A stretch of 64,000 bases of DNA. Origin: Thermodesulfobacteriota bacterium. Its GTDB lineage: Bacteria > Desulfobacterota > Desulfarculia > JACQYL01. The notes under the pieces are model-generated. The model worked only from the letters and a program-made list of their open reading frames with translations. It searched no databases and was not told where the DNA came from. The translations under genes were made by a program, and so were the position numbers. This document shows, piece by piece, positions 54,611 through 64,000 of the stretch (position 1 is the first letter of the stretch; each line of letters starts with the position of its first letter). The stretch lies in contig CAXXLZ010000002.1 in assembly GCA_963675595.2 (NCBI GenBank), positions 1,440,001 through 1,504,000 of the forward strand, in the 5' to 3' direction.

Positions 54611-57600
54611 ATGACTCATGAAGTGCGAGACAAAGATTTTTGTGATTTCCAAAGATTAATAGACCAATCCCCGGACGGGATATTTCATTACGATATCGCA
54701 TCACGCAAGTTCTCGTTCTGCAACAAAGCATTCCGGAAGATCTTCGGATCGGATGATCCTCACCAAGTCCTGAGCTCAAAAACGGTAGCGTCGCGCATAC
54801 ACCCGGAAGATATCGCAGGCGTCAGGAAAGCACAGCATGAATCCCTCAAGGCCGGCCTCACCACGGGAGAGGTTGAATATAGGCTGCTGAACGACGATGG
54901 TTCCATTCAATGGGTGCATGACAGATGGGTGGTCCTACGCGACGAGTCCGAGCGCCCCATTGCCGTGGAAGGAATCGTTCGCGATTTCACGCGCCAAAAA
55001 GAAACCGAACTGGCCCTGAAGCAAAGCGAGGAGAAGTACCGCCAGACCTTTCACACCATGCCGGACGCCATTGTCATAACGGAATTGGAAACGAGCCGTT
55101 ACGTCGAGGTGAACGAAGCCTTCTGCAGGATGATCGGGTGTTCCCGCGAACAAGTATTGGGACGAACCTTTTCCGATCTCGGAATATTGATCAATCCCGA
55201 AATCCGCCGTTCGATACAGGAAATGCTGGAAAAACAAGGCGAAGTCCAGGGGCTGGAAGTCGAATTCCGCATGATGGACGGCAGGCGCATGCATACGATT
55301 CTTGCCGTGAGACCCATCCACTATGAAGGAAAAGACTGCGTCATTTCCGTGCTGAAGGACATTAACCGCCTCAAACAGGTGGAGCGATCGCTCAGGAAAA
55401 GTGAGGAGCGGCTCAAGCTGGCCCTCGATGGGGCGGAAGGAGGTCTTTGGGATTGGGACATCGAGACCAACGACCTCTATTTCAGCTCGGAGTGGCTCAA
55501 GGTTCTGGGCTATGAAGTCGACGAGGTCCGATCCCGCATGAGCTTCTGGGAAGGCTTGGTTCATTCCCACGATCGTCCGATCGTCAAAAAGGCCTTGATC
55601 GATCTCCTCACCGGGAGAGCCGAATTCTATCAAAACGAGCATCGAGTAAAGACAAAAAGCGGTGAATGGAAGTGGGTGTTGGACCGTGGAAAAGTAGTCA
55701 AAAGAAACGAACAGGGAAGAGCGCTGCGCGCAACGGGAACTCAGATAGACATTACCGAACGCAAACACGCTCAGGAAGCACTCGAGCTGAGTGAGGCCCA
55801 TTTGCGGACCCTCATCGACACGATTCCCGATCTGGTCTGGTGGAAGGACACGGAGGGCGTATATCTGCACTGCAACAAGCGATTCGAAGGGTTCTTCGGC
55901 GCCAAGGAGGAAGACATTGTAGGGAGGACGGACTACGATTTCCTGAGCGACGAGCTGGCCGACTTTTTCCGGAAGCATGACAACATCGCCATGATCGCCG
56001 GAAAACCCACGATGAACGAGGAACGAATCACTTTCGCCGACGACGGCCATGAAGAGTTTCTGGAGACCATTAAAACGCCCGTGCGTGGAGGCGATGGTCG
56101 ACTCATCGGGGTCCTGGGCGTCGGCCGAGACATCACCGAACGGAAGCGCGCGGAGGAAGCGCTTCGGGAAAGCGAAGGTCGTGTGCGTGCCAAGCTCGAA
56201 GCCGTTCTCTCTCCCGAGGGAGGCATCGGAGAGCTGGAACTCGCCGACATTATCGATGTTCAGGCAATTCAGGCCATCATGGACGATTTCTATAGAATCA
56301 CTCACCTCGGTGCCGGGCTTGTAGACACAAAAGGCAATATGCTCGTTTCCACAGGCTGGCAGGACATATGCGCGTATTTCCATCGAACAAATCCGGAAAC
56401 TCTCAAAAACTGTCTGGAAAGCGATGTCACACTGTCTTCCGGTGTCGAACCGGGCTCCTTCAAACTCTATAAATGCAAGAACAACATGTGGGATGTAGTG
56501 ACTCCGATCACCCTGGGCGGAAGCCACAAAGGCAACCTGTTTCTCGGCCAATTTTTCTTCGAAGACGAAGAACCGGACTATGCCGCTTTCCGAACCGCGG
56601 CTGAAAAGCACGGCTTCGATGTGAAGGCATACCTTGCCTCGCTGGATCGCGTGCCTCGTTTAGGCCGTGAGTCGGTCGAGGCGGTCATGTCCTTCTACAG
56701 CCGGTTCGCCGATCTGGTGGCAAGGCTCAGCTACGGCAGTTTGAAGCTCGCCCGCGCTTTGGAGGATCGTAAACGTGCGGAGGAGGAGCGAGAAAAACTC
56801 ACGGCGCAGCTTATCCAAGCCCAGAAGATGGAATCCGTGGGTCGTTTGGCCGGAGGCGTGGCCCACGATTTCAACAACATGCTCGGCGTAATCCTCGGCC
56901 GCACCGAGATGGCCTTGGAGCAGGTGAACTCAGGGCAGCCGTTGTTCGCCGGATTACTGGAAATCCGTGCGGCCGCGGAGCGTTCCGCGGAGCTGACGCG
57001 CCAATTGCTCGGTTTCGCACGCCGGCAAACCATCAAGCCCAGAGTGCTCGATTTGAACGACACGGTGGAAAGCATGCTCAAGATGCTGCGACGTCTCATA
57101 GGCGAAGATATTGAGTTGGATTGGCTGCCCTACGAGAAACTTTGCCCGGTCAAGATAGACCCGAGCCAGATCAATCAGATTCTGGCCAACCTGTGCGTCA
57201 ACGCCCGCGATGCCATTGAGGGAGTGGGCAAGGTCACCCTGGAAACGGGACACGCAAGTCTGGACCAAATTTACCGTGACGCACATCCGGGTTTCGCGCC
57301 CGGCGATTTCGTGCTGCTGGCGATCAGCGATAACGGCTGCGGCATGGACAAAGAAACCATGGACAAGATTTTCGAGCCGTTCTTCACCACCAAGGGCATG
57401 GCCGAGGGAACCGGCTTGGGGCTCGCCACGGTCTACGGCATCGTCAAACAGAACAACGGCTTCATCAACGTCTACAGCGAACCGAAGCGGGGAACGACTT
57501 TCAAAATCTACCTGCCCAAACACGGAACCAACGCGGACCAGGTTCAACAAGAGGTCAAAGCCACGACCCTTCAAACAGGCGACGAAACCATCCTCCTGGT

Positions 57601-57941
57601 GGAGGACGAACGCGCCACGCTGAACGTCACCAATGCGATGCTCGACAGGCTCGGATACCGGGTCCTGGCCGCCGCCACGCCTCAGGAAGCCATCCCTGGT
57701 CATGCCCGGAATGAACGGTCGACAATTGGCTGAAAAGCTCCTGGGCCTGGTTCCCGAACTGAAGATACTTTTCACTTCCGGCTACACGGCCAACGTCATC
57801 GTGCACCACGGCGTTCTCGACGAAGGCCTGAACTTCATTCCAAAGCCCTTCTCCCTGCAGGACCTGGCCGCGAAGATACGAGAAGCGCTGTCTTCAAACA
57901 ACTCATCATCCTCGGCGCTCAGAGCGCAGGTGACCCCCTGA
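54611..57941 (+). pseudogene. 4xPAS-PocR hybrid histidine kinase with a frameshifting deletion in the C-terminal receiver (near 57695)
   Basis: intact to AATPQEAI, then VMPGMNGRQLA... in another frame; the RxAExxxxxIHLLxTD segment seen in paralogs is absent; the kinase portion (54611-57733) may still be expressed. Confidence 0.82.
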
Positions 57942-58167
57942 AAGCGGATACAAGCCGGAACCTCGGCACCGCCAAAGGCCGTGTGATGTAATCGGACGGA
58001 GGACCGTCGGATCGACAGGGGAGCCTCGAGAGGAACCGGACATCTCTTCTCGAATCCCGGTTTCAGTCTCCGCTTGAGGCCCACTGTATTCACTCCACCG
58101 GATATTTCCCGGTCGTCGGTTCAAGCTCCCGCCTGAGCCGCGCCCCCATCAGGCATTTCGCGCCCTC

Positions 58168-60804
58168 TCATTTGTCGCCGTCCTGTTTCTTATCCTGCTC
58201 GGAGGCCGGAAAACGGCTCTGCGCCCTCTGCTCCATTTCTTTCGCGCGCGCTCTCAGCCCCGCATAAGCCGCTTCGAGGGATTTGTCCATGACCGCGACG
58301 TGGCCTTCGGTCATCACCACGCGTTGCAGCTCCGGTATGGTTCGACGCGTCTTCGCCTCAAGGAAGATGGGTTGGATGTAAATCACCGTGTTGTTGACCG
58401 GTAGAATCACCATTTTGCCGCGCTGGATCCTCGATCCGGACATATCCCAAAGGTTGAACTGCTCGGCGATGGTGGGCTCGGCGTTGATGATGGCCGCCAT
58501 CTGAACGGGACTGTAAACCACCTCTCCTTTGGGAAAAGAATAGATGATGATCTTCCCGTAGTTTTCACCGTCGCAACCGCCCACCGCCAGAGCCCGCAAA
58601 TTGTCCACCCCCAGCGGAGTCATAGGTTGCATGATCAGGAATTCAAGTGTTCCGGGTTCGAACAGATCGAGGGTCAGGTAATACGGCTGGACCCTCAGAG
58701 AGTTCTTTCCCTGCAGTGTCTTGGCGAATTCCCAAACGTCCTCCTGCTCGAAAAATGTGACGGGATCGGTCTGGTGATATTTCCGATACATGCTCATTTG
58801 AATCTCAAAAAAGTCCTTCGGATAGCGGACGTGCTTCTTCAAAGCGTCGGGCATTTCGTCCCTGTCCTTGAACAGGCCCGGATAGATCCTGTTGTAGGCC
58901 CGGACGATGGGGTCCTTGGGATCGAAGATGTAGAAATCGACGCTGCCGTCATAAGCGTCCACAACGATTTTGACGGAGTTGCGGATGTAGTTGAAGTGGT
59001 GTCCCTGAAAATCCATCGGCTGAGAGGCGGGATAACGATCAGAGATGGTATAGGCGTCCTGAATCCAATAGAGCCCGTCCGGCGTTATCACCGGATAGAT
59101 TTTCCCGTCCGGAAGCAGATACGGAGCCAGGGTCCGTATGCGCTCAAGGACGTTGCGGCGGAACAGAATTCGACTTTCATCCGTCAACAACGTGGATACG
59201 AGGATGTTCTTGTCCTTGAAATGATAGGCGAAAACGGCACGCGTCGGAAGCGACGACAATTTCACTCCGCCGTGTCCTCCGTAATGCGAGGTGACGAATT
59301 GGTCTTCCCGGGCATAATCGAACTCACCGGATTCATTGGGAGCGATCACAAATTGATTGAATTGACCCACACCAAAGTAGATTTCAGGACGGTTGGTTAA
59401 GATCCCGAATTGGGATTCCAAAGGAATTCCGTGCACGAACCAGACAAAAGGGTCGGCGCCGGTCTGACTCGCCGGACTCATGACGAGCCCGTATCCGTGG
59501 GTATAGTCGAGGTGTTTATTGACCCAGGTCCGGGCGGTTCCCGGAAGGAGGTCATAATTGAGCTCACGGGCGGCCAAGAACACCTGCTGGTAATCCCGTT
59601 CCACCGTATAGCGTCCCACGCCGATGTCCGGAAAATCATAGTACGTACGAAGTACCTGCAGTTCATCATAAACCGCCTTCAATTCACCTTCTTCCCATAA
59701 CGGGACGTTTCGCAACACCTTCCCAACCGACGGCGCATCAATACCCGCGGAAAGAAGTCCCGGCCTGAAATCCCGCACCTCCACTCGATCGAGACCATAA
59801 CCGTGTAACGTGGCCCGGACGTTCTTATCGATGTACGGTTTCTCCCTCACAAGGCGGTCGGGATCGACCCAGTATCGAGCGATTTCCTTTCCCACGAAAT
59901 CGACGTGCCGCAATCCCACCACCAGGAGGAAACAGGCAACCAGAATCCCCCCGATCACAAATCCCCGCCGCCGAATGACGGCCACCATGGCGAGGATGCC
60001 GATTCCGGCCAAGAGCAGCATTTGAGCCCAAATCAGAACGAGCTCATATTTCACTTCCAGGTACCCCGGTCCGAAAAAGAGCGGTTCATGCTTGGTCACA
60101 TACACGAGGCCGTATCGTTGGAGGCTGAAATTCCATATCGCCGCAAGCGTGATAAGTCCCGCCATCACGGCGAGATGCCACGCCGCCAGTCTTCGAAACC
60201 CTTTCTTCTCCTTGACTCGAGTGTAATGCTCCAATCCGTAGAGAATCGCCAGGCCGACAAACAAGATCAACAATGCAATAAACACACGACTCTGTACCAA
60301 AGTGTATACGGGGTAGGAGAACAGGTAATAGGAGATGTCTCTACCAAAAACCGTGTCCGGTATTCCGGATGACGGCCCAAAAATATAGAATATAAACTCT
60401 TCCCAATGTTGAAACAAAGGAATGGCGACAATGATAGATAAGAACATCGACAATGGAATATAAACAAATCGCGATCCTGTCTTAAGGGATCTGCCCAATC
60501 TGCCTAATCGAAACTTACTCTCGGAAGGAGTGGTTGTCTTTCTTAGATATCTGGTAGCAAGGCGAAAGTTCAAGAAGAATATACTGAAGAATACTATCGT
60601 CACTATAGTGAATACGGCGTATCGGTAGAGAAGCCTTAGCCAGAAATATAATGAGTATCCAACCGAGTCGAACCACCACATATCAATAAGAAAATTCGAC
60701 ATGTACAAAGCCGATATCAAAATAATCACCGCAATACCGATCATGCTTCCGAAGACGACCCAAGATATCCTCTTCCAAGATCGGCGTTGCTCATTATCGT
60801 GCAT
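58168..60804 (-). CDS. UPF0182 family membrane protein
   Basis: WWFDSVGY, DISYYLFSYP, YTHGYG, WIQDAYT, NYIRNSVKIVVDAYDG, RYPKDFF motifs. Confidence 0.92.
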   Translation of the reverse strand: MHDNEQRRSWKRISWVVFGSMIGIAVIILISALYMSNFLIDMWWFDSVGYSLYFWLRLLYRYAVFTIVTIVFFSIFFLNFRLATRYLRKTTTPSESKFRLGRLGRSLKTGSRFVYIPLSMFLSIIVAIPLFQHWEEFIFYIFGPSSGIPDTVFGRDISYYLFSYPVYTLVQSRVFIALLILFVGLAILYGLEHYTRVKEKKGFRRLAAWHLAVMAGLITLAAIWNFSLQRYGLVYVTKHEPLFFGPGYLEVKYELVLIWAQMLLLAGIGILAMVAVIRRRGFVIGGILVACFLLVVGLRHVDFVGKEIARYWVDPDRLVREKPYIDKNVRATLHGYGLDRVEVRDFRPGLLSAGIDAPSVGKVLRNVPLWEEGELKAVYDELQVLRTYYDFPDIGVGRYTVERDYQQVFLAARELNYDLLPGTARTWVNKHLDYTHGYGLVMSPASQTGADPFVWFVHGIPLESQFGILTNRPEIYFGVGQFNQFVIAPNESGEFDYAREDQFVTSHYGGHGGVKLSSLPTRAVFAYHFKDKNILVSTLLTDESRILFRRNVLERIRTLAPYLLPDGKIYPVITPDGLYWIQDAYTISDRYPASQPMDFQGHHFNYIRNSVKIVVDAYDGSVDFYIFDPKDPIVRAYNRIYPGLFKDRDEMPDALKKHVRYPKDFFEIQMSMYRKYHQTDPVTFFEQEDVWEFAKTLQGKNSLRVQPYYLTLDLFEPGTLEFLIMQPMTPLGVDNLRALAVGGCDGENYGKIIIYSFPKGEVVYSPVQMAAIINAEPTIAEQFNLWDMSGSRIQRGKMVILPVNNTVIYIQPIFLEAKTRRTIPELQRVVMTEGHVAVMDKSLEAAYAGLRARAKEMEQRAQSRFPASEQDKKQDGDK

Positions 60805-61444
60805 TGGCTTCTCCTCTTCCCACGATCTGTAAATGATGATCCTTCTTCTCCCGCCGCTCTGAAAAAATCAGGGCCGAGGCGGAATTATTCCTGAAATTCA
60901 CGAATAGGGTGAATAGTCTGTGTTATGTATTTTCTCACGGATTGAAATGTATACGTCGCCGCCTGCCGCGGCCGCGAATCGGATATTTCGGGGAGCCCGG
61001 CATCGGCGACGGTGTTTACGTTGAAAAGGAATTACGTGGACGGAGAATTCCGGGTATCGCCTTTCCGCTCTCCCGGCGAACAGGTGTCGACAAATGCTCC
61101 GGCCCACAATAGGGGCTTTCGTGGGGAAAATCTGAAGTGCGTTCCGGACGACCTGGAGGAGAGTTCGCCGCGTCATAGGGGTTGGGTTCTTCGGAACGCC
61201 CCTTCCGGCTCCGGGAACGGATCGCAGCCGTCTTGAAAGAAAAAATGAGCTTCGAAAAAGCTCCGTTTCGACGAAAGGTGATCGAAATCTCTTGCAGCCG
61301 CACAACCCGGGAACACCGAGACGGCGTTTCGGGATTTCCTTCCCCGACATGCCGGAGCCGACGCCTTCCACAAGGTCCCCGCAGGGAAGACCGGGAGAGG
61401 CTCTCTTTAAACGGACCGACGCCGCAGCCCCTTAGTCGGAAGCC

Positions 61445-61687
61445 CTATTCCACGGGAATTTCTTCGCCCTTTGCCCTGTCGGGCCATTCTATTTCCAACA
61501 AGCCTTTCTCCACAAACCGGACCTTGATATCGCTTTTTTCAACCCCTTTGCCGATATAGAGTCGTAATAGGTGAGAATCGGCAGTTCGGGTATGTTTCAC
61601 CTTAAAAGGTCTTGGTCCCAGAAATGCTCCCACTCCGAAAGGACCTATTCTGATATCAAACAAATCGTCCCAGTCATCATATTTCAT
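61445..61687 (-). CDS. small Hsp20/alpha-crystallin-like protein (80 aa)
   Basis: ATG 61687 behind GGGAG; GVEKSDIKVRF..GLLEIE and C-terminal EIPVE (IxI/V motif). Confidence 0.6.
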   Translation of the reverse strand: MKYDDWDDLFDIRIGPFGVGAFLGPRPFKVKHTRTADSHLLRLYIGKGVEKSDIKVRFVEKGLLEIEWPDRAKGEEIPVE

Positions 61688-61740
61688 GCGATCTCTCCCA
61701 AGAAATAGCTTAAACATATATCGGTTACCTCTTTCCACGC

Positions 61741-61769
61741 AGTCTGCCATTACTATATAAACAAGTCAA
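61741..61769 (-). promoter_or_regulatory. putative sigma70 promoter of the Hsp20-like gene
   Basis: TTGACT-17 bp-CAGACT with extended TGn; overlaps the alternative ATG at 61750, favouring the 61687 start. Confidence 0.45.
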
Positions 61770-62016
61770 TTTATTCCTAATTAAGAGACTATTGGGCGTT
61801 TCCGGAACTTCTTTCTCCGTTTTCAACATGACTCAAACCGAATAGATGAGCAGGATGGTTTATTGGATGCCTGAAAGGACGTATACAGAGCTCACTTTGC
61901 TTCCTCTGCGTCAATACGTGGAGCCCCTCGTTGACTCCGAAGGGAAAAATTGCTAACCCGTGCGTGCGGACGGCCCGAAACCGCTTACCATTTCGAAATG
62001 CGAAGGAGATTCGGCT

Positions 62017-62718
62017 GTGAAGGACTTTCAGGTCAAAAAGATGTTCGAAAACATAGCCTTCTCCTACGATCTCCAGAACAGTGTCCTATCTCTGGGCCGG
62101 GACATTCACTGGAGGCGGGTTCTGTCGAAATCAACGCACCTCGGAAGAGGTGGGAGGATACTCGATCTGGCCACAGGGACCTGCGAGGTGGCCATGGACA
62201 TTTGTAGGCGCCATCCGCGGGCACGGGTCGTGGGGGTGGATTTTTCACCCGGCATGTTGGCCATCGGCAGGAAAAAGGTGGAGTCCGGGGGCCTGCAAGC
62301 GAGGATTCTTCTGCTGCTCGGTGACGGACGCCGACTGCCGCTCCGGGATGCCTCATTCGATTGCGTGACCATGGCCTTCGGCATTCGCAACATCGAAAAC
62401 CGCCGCTCCGTGCTCGACGAGATGCATCGCGTCCTGAAGGAGAACGGCCGGCTCCTCATCATGGAGTTCGATTATCCCGAACCCTCCTTCCTGAAGCGTC
62501 TCTACAGCCTGTACTTTCATCATGTTCTGCCTCCGCTGGGGAATTGGCTTTCGCGGACCGACTACGCTTATACTTATCTCGTCGAATCCATCCGCGGCTT
62601 TCCCTCGGAAGAGGGATTTCGGAATGAAATCGCCGAGGCCGGCTTTGAACGCGTTGAAAGTCGGAGCTTGACCTTCGGTATTGCCAAAATTTACAGCGCA
62701 ACCAAGAAATCGGTGTAG
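62017..62718 (+). CDS. ubiE: UbiE/MenG family demethylmenaquinone methyltransferase
   Basis: GTG behind AAGGAG; MFENIA..YD..N..LS.G....WR, LDLATGT, AFGIRN, AYTYLVESI, LTFGIA. Confidence 0.88.
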   Translation: MKDFQVKKMFENIAFSYDLQNSVLSLGRDIHWRRVLSKSTHLGRGGRILDLATGTCEVAMDICRRHPRARVVGVDFSPGMLAIGRKKVESGGLQARILLLLGDGRRLPLRDASFDCVTMAFGIRNIENRRSVLDEMHRVLKENGRLLIMEFDYPEPSFLKRLYSLYFHHVLPPLGNWLSRTDYAYTYLVESIRGFPSEEGFRNEIAEAGFERVESRSLTFGIAKIYSATKKSV

Positions 62719-62724
62719 AAGCTT

Positions 62725-63318
62725 ATGGAAGTCAACTGGCCGGAACGAGTTTGGGTGAACAGCCCGGTACGCAAATTCGTGCAGATGAGGGAGGTAGCCT
62801 GGTTCAAAAGGACGCGCCCTCTGAAGCCGGGCGGTACGGTTCTGGAAATCGGATGCGGATGCGGCACGGGTGCCCGCATGGTTTGGACGACTTTTGCTCC
62901 TAAACGGATCGAAGCCATCGATATCGATCCGGAAATGATCAAACTGGCCCTGCGAAAGTATCCCCCCTCAGACAGGAACCCCATCCGTTTCTCGGTGGCC
63001 GACGCGCAGGAACTCCCTCACGAAAACGCCTCTTTCCAAGCCGTTTTCAATTTCGGAATCATACATCATCTGGAGGACTGGAGGCGTGGAATCGGAGAAA
63101 TCGCCCGCGTCCTGGTCAAGGGCGGCGCCTTCTATTTCGAAGAAATCTACCCTCCCCTTTACGCCAATCGCCTGTTCCGACGCCTGCTGGCGCACCCCAC
63201 GAAAGACCGCTTCCACGGCCCCGAGTTCCGTGCCGCCTTGGCGAATGTGGGATTGAGGCTCATTCCTTCGTACAGGGAAAGCCGTTTCGGCATTCTAGGG
63301 ATCGCGGAAAAGGAATAA
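62725..63318 (+). CDS. class I SAM-dependent methyltransferase
   Basis: VLEIGCGCG, IDID, FGIIHH, EIARVLVKGG. Confidence 0.88.
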   Translation: MEVNWPERVWVNSPVRKFVQMREVAWFKRTRPLKPGGTVLEIGCGCGTGARMVWTTFAPKRIEAIDIDPEMIKLALRKYPPSDRNPIRFSVADAQELPHENASFQAVFNFGIIHHLEDWRRGIGEIARVLVKGGAFYFEEIYPPLYANRLFRRLLAHPTKDRFHGPEFRAALANVGLRLIPSYRESRFGILGIAEKE

Positions 63319-63392
63319 ACGTTCAACAGGCTGGTACGGAGCGCGATCCGCGGCGTACTCCACGCACACCTCATTCCTTGCGACCGGATTTT

Positions 63393-63691
63393 GTCGCTGT
63401 TCACAGGGTAGGTGGTGAAACCTTTTGGAAAAGGTTTCACCAGCCCCCTTCCAAAACTTCCTGAGCTGGTTGCTCGCTTCCGCGTCGCAACCGGGGTGAG
63501 GGGTTCTTGGGAGACCGATTGCCGGACGTATTAGGGTATTAGGAACGGAGCCTTCGACAAAGGCGTCCGAGTCCGGAAATCCACTCACCGCATGGAGCCC
63601 TTCCGCCGGAGGCGGTGAGGCCTAGTTGAAATTTTTGAGGGGGGGTACCGGGGGGGAACTTTTTAAAAAGTTCCCCCCCGTGAATGCTTAC
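63393..63691. mobile_element. 299-bp non-coding MITE with 8-bp target-site duplication
   Basis: CGGATTTT directly repeated at 63385-63392 and 63692-63699; imperfect IRs GTCGCTGTTCACAGGG / CCCCGTGAATGCTTAC; long subterminal hairpins at both ends. Confidence 0.75.
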
Positions 63692-63756
63692 CGGATTTTT
63701 TCACGGGCCGGCGGGGAAAGACGGACAAGGGGCATCTTCGAGGACGGTGTAGGGGT

Positions 63757-64000
63757 TCAGAGCCGACCCCGGCGAAAGATGGAAAGAATCAACCAAAGTC
63801 CCAGGACCGAAGCGATGACGTACCCGGCAACGCCCAGGACGGAGGTTAGAGACAGCGTTTGATCGCCCAAAAAACCGACTTTGAATTCAAGGACCTTTTC
63901 GGAGGAATTCAGAATCAGAGCGCCCCCGATTACGGAAGCGCAAATAATCATGCCCACCGTGAGTCGATTGACCCCTTTTTCGATCTGCGCGTCCAGACCG
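63757..64000 (-). CDS. 3' end of an AarF/ABC1/UbiB kinase family protein (partial, runs off window)
   Basis: ...IEKGVNRLTVGMIICASVIGGALI...LGVAGYVIASVLGLWLILSIFRRGRL two-TM tail typical of this family; near ubiE. Confidence 0.6.
   Translation of the reverse strand, partial: GLDAQIEKGVNRLTVGMIICASVIGGALILNSSEKVLEFKVGFLGDQTLSLTSVLGVAGYVIASVLGLWLILSIFRRGRL

Noticed and set aside
60810-61440. GC-rich intergenic region with several small hairpins (possible ncRNA)
   Set aside because: no recognisable RNA-family motif; the hairpins are short and expected at this GC content
1-64000. CRISPR arrays, tRNA/rRNA, prophage, defence or reverse-transcriptase systems
   Set aside because: no regularly spaced repeats, cloverleafs or hallmark protein motifs found by eye; repeats inside kinases are paralogous coding segments

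Overview
GC-rich (roughly 55-60%) bacterial chromosomal window; gene content and style suggest an anaerobic Desulfobacterota/deltaproteobacterium (inference). About 12.7-58 kb is a dense signal-transduction island: about ten multi-PAS/GAF/PocR sensor genes (mostly hybrid histidine kinases), two REC-HDOD proteins, a degenerate REC-HD-GYP-like protein, an Rcp1-like receiver, an orphan CheW, and an ECF sigma factor with a TIGR04076-like partner. The island is built from re-used domain cassettes and carries several independent lesions: an IS1634-family insertion with resolvable ends, two internal deletions, a 1-nt frameshift, a truncation and decayed remnants. The left flank holds a DUF362 Fe-S protein, a PAS-GGDEF cyclase, PstS plus a Na+/Pi symporter, a secreted arylsulfotransferase-like protein, and an ABC exporter followed by a 261-aa orphan whose motif order resembles LynF/TruF/PatF peptide prenyltransferases. 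That pair is my best candidate for an undescribed system, but it is unverified. The right flank holds UPF0182, a mini Hsp20-like protein, UbiE/MenG, a methyltransferase, a 299-bp MITE with an 8-bp target duplication, and the 3' end of an AarF/UbiB-like gene. No rRNA, tRNA or CRISPR array was seen. All family assignments come from motif recognition by eye; no searches were run.
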